Source: a virus (lineage: Duplodnaviria; Caudoviricetes). Taken from it: DNA of 56,911 nt. The stretch spans positions 1 to 56,911 of IMG/VR virus record IMGVR_UViG_3300044541_000010; one strand, written 5' to 3'. Within the stretch, counting starts at the first letter, position 1; every line of letters starts with the position of its first letter. A program made the translations under genes and the position numbers. Positions 28,638 to 35,811 of the stretch are shown here, piece after piece. The notes under the pieces were generated by a model. That model saw only the letters and a list, made by a program, of their open reading frames with translations, did no database searches and was not told where the DNA came from.

Positions 28638-28979
28638 ATGGCAAAGGGAACGAGGCTGACGAACCAGCCCAACGACCTCGCATATGCACCACTCGTTTAC
28701 CCGACGCACAACTACCGGGGTAACGGGGAGGTCGTCGTGGTCCGGCTAGGCCGTGAGATCGTCGGGTGGCTGTCGCGCAAGGACTGGATCGCCGTCGGGT
28801 GGATGCCTCGCCCCGGGCTGTCCGAGCTGGCCAACGGGGTGCGGGGGGCCGTGGGTGACATCCTCCGCGCGTTCGCCCGTGACCGTAAGCCGATGGTGGA
28901 CGCGTGGGCCGAGGTGTTGAACACCACCCAGCACGATGCGCCGTACACCGGACGCCTGGAGAAGATCGATCAGTCGTAG
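28638..28979 (+). CDS. Hypothetical protein directly downstream of MuF-ART (possible immunity or partner protein)
   Basis: GGAGG RBS; function inferred from position only. Confidence 0.6.
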   Translation: MAKGTRLTNQPNDLAYAPLVYPTHNYRGNGEVVVVRLGREIVGWLSRKDWIAVGWMPRPGLSELANGVRGAVGDILRAFARDRKPMVDAWAEVLNTTQHDAPYTGRLEKIDQS

Positions 28980-29037
28980 TATCGCAACCCTGGTAGATTG
29001 AGCGTAAGAACAGCATCTCAACCAGGGAGAACACGAC

Positions 29038-29838
29038 ATGAGTCAGAGGCTCATCCAGCCGGGTCGGTCAGCGGCCACCCGGATCGGTACGACCGAAGCC
29101 GGCACGGTGGTGTGGTCGCTCGCGGGCGGCGACGGGACCGGCGACGAGGGCGCCAACGACGACGGGAAGTCGGGCGAGGAAGACGACGACTCGGACGACG
29201 ACGGCGACGAGAAGGACGACGACGAAGGCGAAGACGACGACGAGGACAAGCCGGTCTACACGCAGGCCGAGTACGACAAGATCCGTCGTCGCATGCGCGC
29301 GGCCGACAAGCGGGCGGCCGACTTCGAGGAGCAGAACCGCAAGCTCAAGTCCGGCACCAAGGCCAAGCCCGTGGCCAAGAAGACGGCCAAGCCGGCGGCC
29401 GATGCGGACGCGGACGACGACGGCGACGACGAGCGGGACGAGCGTGCTGCGAAGGCTGAGGCGCGTGCCGTCAGGGCCGAGGAGAAGGCGCGGACAGCGG
29501 CCATCGAGACGGCCATGGTCCGGGCCATGTCGAAGGCCGGCATCGACTGGGCCGACCCGGACGACGTGTCCAAGTTCCTCGACCTCGCCGACATCGACGT
29601 GGACGAAGATGGTACGGTGGACAGCAAGCAGTTGGTCAGGGCCTTGAAGGACCTGGCCAAGCGGAAGCCGCACCTCGTCAAGCCGAAGACCCAGAGCGGT
29701 TCGGACGACGACAAGGACGGCAAGTCGGACGGTACCCAGGGCGGTACGTCGGCACCCACGATGAACGGCAAGCGCAAGGGCGACAAGACCGTGGACAAGA
29801 CGACGCTCCGGCGTCGGTTCCCCAGCCTTCGCGCCTAA
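29038..29838 (+). CDS. Scaffolding protein
   Basis: Acidic N-terminus, YTQAEYD, coiled coil, L.K.KPHL; precedes capsid genes. Confidence 0.85.
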   Translation: MSQRLIQPGRSAATRIGTTEAGTVVWSLAGGDGTGDEGANDDGKSGEEDDDSDDDGDEKDDDEGEDDDEDKPVYTQAEYDKIRRRMRAADKRAADFEEQNRKLKSGTKAKPVAKKTAKPAADADADDDGDDERDERAAKAEARAVRAEEKARTAAIETAMVRAMSKAGIDWADPDDVSKFLDLADIDVDEDGTVDSKQLVRALKDLAKRKPHLVKPKTQSGSDDDKDGKSDGTQGGTSAPTMNGKRKGDKTVDKTTLRRRFPSLRA

Positions 29839-29916
29839 TCCGGCTACACTCCCGCTGGCCCGTGGCTACCGGGGAACCACACCACATAAAGCTACGGAGA
29901 CACAGGAAGGAGTGAA

Positions 29917-30366
29917 GTGGGTACCTCTCGATACGACAAGTACGACGGCGTGAACGGCGGTTTCCGCGCACCGCTGAACGCGGCGTGGACCGCCACGTCT
30001 GGACCTTCCGGCGTGACCGACCTCGCGCGGATTCTCTGCGTCGGGCTCAACAGCTCGGGCAACATCGTCAAGGCCGCGAGCGTCGCGGCATGCTCGGGCA
30101 TCCTGGTCGTGAACGCGGCGGCTGCGGCGGGCGACATCATGGACGTGATGACGTCCGGTGAGATCGTCGACATCGGCGTGGACGACATCCAGGGCGGCGT
30201 CGCTGCCACGGCCGGTCAGAAGCTCTACTTCGACGCGACCGCTGCGCGACTCACGGCCACTGCGCCGGGCGTCGGGGTCAACGGCTTCTACGTGGGCCAG
30301 GTGGCCCTCGCCCCGGACGGTACGGCCACGCGGCTCGTCGTCCGGTGTCAGGCGGTGCAGCTGTGA
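29917..30366 (+). CDS. Capsid decoration / cement protein
   Basis: Small Ala/Gly-rich beta protein between scaffold and MCP. Confidence 0.65.
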   Translation: MGTSRYDKYDGVNGGFRAPLNAAWTATSGPSGVTDLARILCVGLNSSGNIVKAASVAACSGILVVNAAAAAGDIMDVMTSGEIVDIGVDDIQGGVAATAGQKLYFDATAARLTATAPGVGVNGFYVGQVALAPDGTATRLVVRCQAVQL

Positions 30367-31637
30367 ACACGAACACGCTGCGTCGTCCTCAGCTCGTCAT
30401 GCCCGGTGGCGCGTTCGCGTCCACACCGAAGCGTGGCATGGAGCTCGTCAACCTGAAGGCCCTCGGGATCATCCCCGGGCTCGAAGGCGGTCGTGTCCAC
30501 GGTACTCACGTGGCCGGCGACGTCGTCACCCAGACGTCCGACGGGCGGGACCTGAATCAGGTCTGGCTCGACTTCATGGACCTGCTCAACGCGGTCAACT
30601 CGGACCGGCAGGAGCTGATCCGGTTCCTCACGTTCCCGGTGCAGAACCCGGTCGAGCTGGTCGCGCAGGCCGGTGGCGGTGTCGACTTCGAGCCGGCGTC
30701 CGAGTTCGGCCAGCCGGTCGGTGCGCGGCTTCAGCCGCAGTACTTCAACCTCGGGTACACGTTCAAGTGGTACGACCTCGCCGCGCGCTACACGTGGCAG
30801 TACCTCGCGGACGCGACTTCGACCATGGTGGACTCCGTCGCGAACGCGGCGGTCGAGGCGTTCTACCGCCTCCAGCTCACCCAGGTGCTCCGCACGGTGT
30901 TCAACCCGACGAACCTGACGGCGAACATCAACCAGCAGTCGTACAACGTCTACAAGTTCTACAACAACGACGGCACGGTGCCGCCCACGTACAAGTCGAA
31001 CGTGTTCGACGGCACGCACACGCACTACAAGACTACCGGTACGAGCGGTGTCAACTCGGCGGCGATCGAGGCTCAGGACCTGGACTCGCTCATCATCGAC
31101 GACTTCGCCTCGCACGGCTACACCCAGGAGCTCGGCTACCGGCTGGTGCTGATGGTCAACACGACCAACGGCAACACCATTCGTACCTTCCGCTCGGCGA
31201 CGGCGGCCGTCCAGGCCGTCGGCGGCGTCTACGGTCGGTACGACTTCCTGCCGGCCCAGGGTGCGCCGGGTCAGCTCATCACGCTGACTCAGCAGATCAT
31301 CGGCGCGTCGCAGGTCCCGAACAGCCTCAACGGGCTGCCGGTCATCGGCACCTACGGCCCGCTCATCATCGTGCAGGACGACTACATGCCGACCACGCAC
31401 ATCTTCGCCTTCGCCACGGGCGGGGAGAACTCCCTGGGCAACCCGATCGGTCTGCGCGAGCACGCGAACACCTCGCTGCGCGGCCTCCGGCTGGTCAAGG
31501 GCAAGCAGCCCGACTACCCGCTGATCGACTCGTTCTGGAACGTCGGCTTCGGCACGGGCGTCCGCCAGCGGGGTGGCGGCATCGTGGTCCAGCTCACGTC
31601 CGGCACGACCTACACCGCGCCTGCGGCGTACGTGTAA
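30363..31637 (+). CDS. Major capsid protein
   Basis: About 420 aa, strong codon bias, position, terminator downstream. Confidence 0.8.
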   Translation: MNTNTLRRPQLVMPGGAFASTPKRGMELVNLKALGIIPGLEGGRVHGTHVAGDVVTQTSDGRDLNQVWLDFMDLLNAVNSDRQELIRFLTFPVQNPVELVAQAGGGVDFEPASEFGQPVGARLQPQYFNLGYTFKWYDLAARYTWQYLADATSTMVDSVANAAVEAFYRLQLTQVLRTVFNPTNLTANINQQSYNVYKFYNNDGTVPPTYKSNVFDGTHTHYKTTGTSGVNSAAIEAQDLDSLIIDDFASHGYTQELGYRLVLMVNTTNGNTIRTFRSATAAVQAVGGVYGRYDFLPAQGAPGQLITLTQQIIGASQVPNSLNGLPVIGTYGPLIIVQDDYMPTTHIFAFATGGENSLGNPIGLREHANTSLRGLRLVKGKQPDYPLIDSFWNVGFGTGVRQRGGGIVVQLTSGTTYTAPAAYV

Positions 31638-31651
31638 GGGGGCTGAGGAGC

Positions 31652-31960
31652 ATGCGAGTAATCGACTGGTCGAAGCCGCTGAGCGACGACGACCGCGACT
31701 GGCTGGCGCAGGCCGGCATTCCGGGTACGCGCGAGCGCATCGCGGACAACGATGCCCTGTTCGGCGACGAGCCGGACGAGGACGACGAGGAAGACGGCCC
31801 GGACTACGAGTCGAAGACGGTGGCCGAGCTGAAGGCCATCGGCGCGAAGCGTGACCCGGCCGTGTCGTTCGACGGCGCCAAGACCAAGGCCGACGTCATC
31901 GCTGCCCTGGTGCAGTGGGACGAGGACGAGAAGAACGGCGAGCACGAGGAAGACGACTGA
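31652..31960 (+). CDS. Small protein with SAP/Rho-N-like helix-extension-helix motif
   Basis: YESKTVAELKAI...KTKADVIAAL; GAGGAG RBS. Confidence 0.65.
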   Translation: MRVIDWSKPLSDDDRDWLAQAGIPGTRERIADNDALFGDEPDEDDEEDGPDYESKTVAELKAIGAKRDPAVSFDGAKTKADVIAALVQWDEDEKNGEHEEDD

Positions 31961-31976
31961 TCCACGGGCGGGTGCC

Positions 31977-32021
31977 CGGACACCCCGGAGACCTTGCCGA
32001 AAGGGGTCTCCGGGGTGTTCG
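31977..32021 (+). terminator. Long hairpin after the capsid genes
   Basis: GGACACCCCGGAGACC / GGTCTCCGGGGTGTTC. Confidence 0.75.
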
Positions 32022-32039
32022 TCAGAAAGGCGGTGAACC

Positions 32040-32351
32040 ATGGCATCACTCGACCAGATCGCTCAGCTCCGCCGGATGGCGGCGCTGGACGACGACGACG
32101 AGACATACACGGATCAGGTCGTCGGCACGTACATCGACAACCTGGGCAGCCTCCAGGCCGCCGCAGGGGCCATCTGGGGCGAGAAGGCGGCTGCTGCCGC
32201 CGCACTGGTGGACGTGACCGAGTCGGGGTCCTCACGGGCCCTCTCACAGCTCGCAAAGCAGGCCCTCGCCATGCAGCAGCACTTCTCGCCCGACGACCCG
32301 ACGCCCGAGCCGGCCAAGTCGTCCTTCACGGTGGGCATCCAGCGGGTATGA
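32040..32351 (+). CDS. Head-to-tail adaptor
   Basis: Position; LRRM..YTD..., AIW..KAA, DVTESGSSR. Confidence 0.7.
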   Translation: MASLDQIAQLRRMAALDDDDETYTDQVVGTYIDNLGSLQAAAGAIWGEKAAAAAALVDVTESGSSRALSQLAKQALAMQQHFSPDDPTPEPAKSSFTVGIQRV

Positions 32352-32749
32352 CCACACAGACCGCCGAGCTGGCCGCACAGATCGCGCAGACACGCGCGTT
32401 CATCGACGCGGACTACACCGAGGTAGCCCTGATCCCCCGGGAGCGCCAGGCCACCGCGAGCGGCGGGTGGTCGTACATCGACGGGACACCGCGAGACCTG
32501 CAACGTTTCAAGCTGTCCCTGCTGAACTACGACCAGCGGCCACAGATCACGCTCGCCGGAGGTGTGGTCCGTCTCATCGACTATCATCTGATCGGCCTGC
32601 CCGATGCCGTGGTGTTCGTCGATGACTACTGGGTGGACGACGACGGCGTGAGGTTCGACGTCGTGGGGTTCAGCTCGGGCCGCCTGTACGAGGTCAAGGC
32701 GTTCGTGTCGTGCTCGGCCCCCGTCTCGGCGGTGCCCAGCCGTGGTTAG
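32348..32749 (+). CDS. Head-to-tail stopper
   Basis: Position, size, beta-rich. Confidence 0.6.
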   Translation: MTTQTAELAAQIAQTRAFIDADYTEVALIPRERQATASGGWSYIDGTPRDLQRFKLSLLNYDQRPQITLAGGVVRLIDYHLIGLPDAVVFVDDYWVDDDGVRFDVVGFSSGRLYEVKAFVSCSAPVSAVPSRG

Positions 32750-33119
32750 GAAGTCGTTCATCGAGTTCGACTCGCTGACGCCCGGTCTGAAGGCATTATT
32801 GCCGAAGATTGACGCGGCGGTTAGCTTGGTGTTCGACATGGCCGAACCAGAGGCCGAGACGTACGCACGCGGTAACGCGTCGTGGACTGACCGCACGGGC
32901 AACGCCAGGGCCGGCTTAGGGGCCAAACACAGCGGCGTGCCCATGCGATATCACGAGCTGGTCATCTACCATTCAATGAACTACGGCATCTGGCTGGAGG
33001 TGCGGTTCTCCGGGCGGTACGCCATCATCGGCCCGACCATGGCGCACATGTCAGACGTGCTCGCCGCGAACATCGCCACCGCCATCCACCACGTGACCTC
33101 AAAGGAGCCACGGCCGTGA
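32742..33119 (+). CDS. HK97 gp10-like neck/tail completion protein
   Basis: ASWTDRTGNARAGL, YGIWLE, GRYAII.PT. Confidence 0.75.
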   Translation: MVRKSFIEFDSLTPGLKALLPKIDAAVSLVFDMAEPEAETYARGNASWTDRTGNARAGLGAKHSGVPMRYHELVIYHSMNYGIWLEVRFSGRYAIIGPTMAHMSDVLAANIATAIHHVTSKEPRP

Positions 33120-33523
33120 GAGACGTCATCCTCGGGGCGTTGCTGGGCGACGCCACGTTAAGCGGTCTGGGTGTCTCTGACGGGGCCGTACTGACGGGCG
33201 ACGTGGACACGCCGGCCGAGCGTCCGTTCCTGCAACTGCGCTATGGCGCGACCACACCGGGGCCAGCCAGGGGCGGTGTGGGGCCGAACATGCGGGACCT
33301 GGTGATCTGGGTTCACGACCAGCCTAACGACTACACCCGCATCGACAAGATCATCCAACAGATAAAGGTCGTGATGCTAACGCTCGAAGCCGAGCAGTCC
33401 GCCCTGACAGACGGGTGGCTGGTCGTCGTCGAGTGGGTGGGGGATTCGGACGATCTGGCCGACGACGGCCACCGTACAATCACCCGTAACACCAGTTACA
33501 GGATCGTCGGATCTAAGCTGTGA
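33116..33523 (+). CDS. Tail terminator
   Basis: P..RPFLQL, IWVHD...Y..ID; position. Confidence 0.7.
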   Translation: MRDVILGALLGDATLSGLGVSDGAVLTGDVDTPAERPFLQLRYGATTPGPARGGVGPNMRDLVIWVHDQPNDYTRIDKIIQQIKVVMLTLEAEQSALTDGWLVVVEWVGDSDDLADDGHRTITRNTSYRIVGSKL

Positions 33524-33538
33524 AAGGAGGAAACACCT

Positions 33539-33892
33539 GTGAAGGTCATTGAGTACATCGGCCAGGCGCACATCCGCCGCATCTCGGCGCGTGACTGGCG
33601 CCTTGCCGGTGTGAAGGGCACGGACGTCGAGTGGTCGTGGGAGAACGGCTTCGGGCTTGCTGCCGAGGGGTTCAGCGTCGATCAGCTGGCGACGCTGGCC
33701 ACGATGCCCGACCAGTTCGTGGTCGTCGACATGGACGCGCTGCCGGCCCGGCTGCCGTTCCGCCAGACGCCGGCGCTGGCTCGTCAGGCGCGCGTCGCGG
33801 GCATGGCGGCCGTCATCAAGCCGGCCGAGGTCGTCGAAAGCGACGACGAAGACGACGACGTCGAGCAGCCAGTCGCGTTCGACAAGGGGTAA
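33539..33892 (+). CDS. Hypothetical protein
   Basis: AAGGAGG RBS. Confidence 0.6.
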   Translation: MKVIEYIGQAHIRRISARDWRLAGVKGTDVEWSWENGFGLAAEGFSVDQLATLATMPDQFVVVDMDALPARLPFRQTPALARQARVAGMAAVIKPAEVVESDDEDDDVEQPVAFDKG

Positions 33893-33894
33893 CG

Positions 33895-34089
33895 GTGGAC
33901 CTCCGCTGCCCGAGCCGCAAGCACGCGGTGCTGATCCGGCCATCCGCAGACGCGGGTGTGGTCGAAGTCATGTGCCCGAGCAGATGGTGTGGGAAGCGAG
34001 ACGGTGTCACGGTTCTGCACGAGTTCAGTACTAATACGGGCGAGTTGATAAGGACTCGCACGTTCCGCAATCCGATCGGGAAGAGGTGA
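33895..34089 (+). CDS. Small zinc-ribbon protein (Mu Com-like)
   Basis: DLRCPSRKH...VEVMCPSRWCG. Confidence 0.55.
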   Translation: MDLRCPSRKHAVLIRPSADAGVVEVMCPSRWCGKRDGVTVLHEFSTNTGELIRTRTFRNPIGKR

Positions 34090-34095
34090 AATAAC

Positions 34096-34944
34096 GTGAC
34101 GTTGGGAACTACGCTTCCCTACGGTTTGCGAGACGTGAAGATCATTCCGTATCCAAACCTGCAAGCGGTGGCCTTCGGGACGCAGCTCATCGACCTGCCG
34201 AACGCGCAGGAGATGGAGTTCAACGAGACCGAGGACTACGACGACCTGCGCGGCGACGACCACCTGGTCACGTCGCATGGCCAGGGTGCTCAGGTGGAGT
34301 GGAACCTGACCTCCGGCGGTATCTCGTTCGACGCCTACAGCGCCATCTCCGGTGGTGTGGTCGTGGACACCGGGGTCACGCCGAACCAGCGGCGTCGCAT
34401 CCGCAAGGCGACGAGCGACCAGCGGCCGTTCTTCACGGCCGTCGGCCAGGCGATCTCGGACAGCGGCGGCGACATGCACGCTGTCATCTACCTGTGTCGG
34501 GCGACCGGCAACCTGGAGGCGAGCTTCAAGGATGGGGAGTTCACCATCCCTGGCGCGTCCGGCATCGGGTACCCGTGCCGCGTGGCCGGACTGCTCGACG
34601 GCAACGAGATCAGCGGCGCGGTCTACGACTGGATCCAGCACGAGACGGCCACGGCCATCAGTGCGCCGATCCTGGACGTCCCGGCCATTCCGACCGTCGA
34701 CTCCCTGTCCGACAACGCCGGCCTGGCGGCTGGTGGCGAGATCACCACGATCTACGGCACGGGCTTCACGGGCGTCACGGCGGTCAACTTCACGGCGACG
34801 GCGGCGACCGACTTCGAGGTCCTGAACAGCCACACCATCACGGCGATCGTCCCGGCTCACACGGCCGGTGCGACCAACGTGCGCGTCACCAACGCGGCTG
34901 GCCAGTCGGCCACCGGCCCGCAGAACGTCTACACGTACAGCTGA
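34096..34944 (+). CDS. Major tail protein with C-terminal IPT/TIG Ig-like domain
   Basis: LPYGLRDVK, LRGDD; P.VDSLS...G..AGG...TIYGTGF...V.VTN..G.S. Confidence 0.85.
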   Translation: MTLGTTLPYGLRDVKIIPYPNLQAVAFGTQLIDLPNAQEMEFNETEDYDDLRGDDHLVTSHGQGAQVEWNLTSGGISFDAYSAISGGVVVDTGVTPNQRRRIRKATSDQRPFFTAVGQAISDSGGDMHAVIYLCRATGNLEASFKDGEFTIPGASGIGYPCRVAGLLDGNEISGAVYDWIQHETATAISAPILDVPAIPTVDSLSDNAGLAAGGEITTIYGTGFTGVTAVNFTATAATDFEVLNSHTITAIVPAHTAGATNVRVTNAAGQSATGPQNVYTYS

Positions 34945-34984
34945 CCTGCTCGACACATCAACTACCGGGAACTAGGAGCACACG

Positions 34985-35521
34985 ATGCCCCCCACCAACG
35001 AGCCACAGCAAGTGAACAACGTCTGGGCGACGCAGGCTGCGCAGGCCGACGTTACCTGGATCATGACCCTGCCCTCGGGTCAGACCGCGCGTGTCAAGAA
35101 GGTCAACGTGATGGACCTCTTGACGGCCGGCATCGCCCAGAACTTCGACTCCCTCACGGCGCTGGTCGTGGAGGAGCCGATTGCCAGCGCCAAGACGGCG
35201 CTGGCCGGGCGCAAGACCAAGGCGCCGACCAAGGCCGAGCAGGCCAAGGCCGAAGAGGCGCGCCTGATGAAGACGGTCCTGGCGGACCCGGCGATCATCG
35301 AGACCATGGCCGGCATCGCGGACCGCGTGACGGTGCTCGCGTGTGTGGAGCCGGCCGTGGCCCTCCACTTCGATCCCGACGACAAGACGCGTACGCCGAT
35401 CCCGGCCGACAAGCGCGACCCGTCGAAGATCTACACGGATCAGATCGACTTCATGGACAAGGTCAGCATCATGTCCGAGACCGTGGAGGACGTCGACAAG
35501 CTCGCCGCCTTTCGGTCGTAA
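34985..35521 (+). CDS. Tail assembly chaperone
   Basis: Between major tail and tape measure; TLPSG...VK. Confidence 0.75.
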   Translation: MPPTNEPQQVNNVWATQAAQADVTWIMTLPSGQTARVKKVNVMDLLTAGIAQNFDSLTALVVEEPIASAKTALAGRKTKAPTKAEQAKAEEARLMKTVLADPAIIETMAGIADRVTVLACVEPAVALHFDPDDKTRTPIPADKRDPSKIYTDQIDFMDKVSIMSETVEDVDKLAAFRS

Positions 35522-35801
35522 CCCCCTACAACTGTGGGAAGCCTGGGAAATGAGCCAGGCGTACCATGCACGACCCAGCGCAATCCTGGGGATCACTGAG
35601 GGACTCCCTGCATACGCAGTCGATCGAGCAGTCTGGACGTTTGCACGAGCCATCGAGGCCGCGCAAGAGGAAGCTGTGAAACGACTGCCCAAGAAAGCGA
35701 CAGAGGCGCTGCAAACCTCCACACGGACGCGGGTACTTGACACGTTCCTCGGGGTGGACCGCGCTACTGCCGGTCGGTACGCCGACCCGGCCACTCGCTA
35801 G
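35511..35801 (+). CDS. Tail assembly chaperone extension (+1 frame)
   Basis: Open +1 frame overlapping the chaperone end at GCC TTT CGG TCG TAA. Confidence 0.6.
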   Translation, partial: FGRNPLQLWEAWEMSQAYHARPSAILGITEGLPAYAVDRAVWTFARAIEAAQEEAVKRLPKKATEALQTSTRTRVLDTFLGVDRATAGRYADPATR

Positions 35802-35811
35802 GGGAGGGAAT

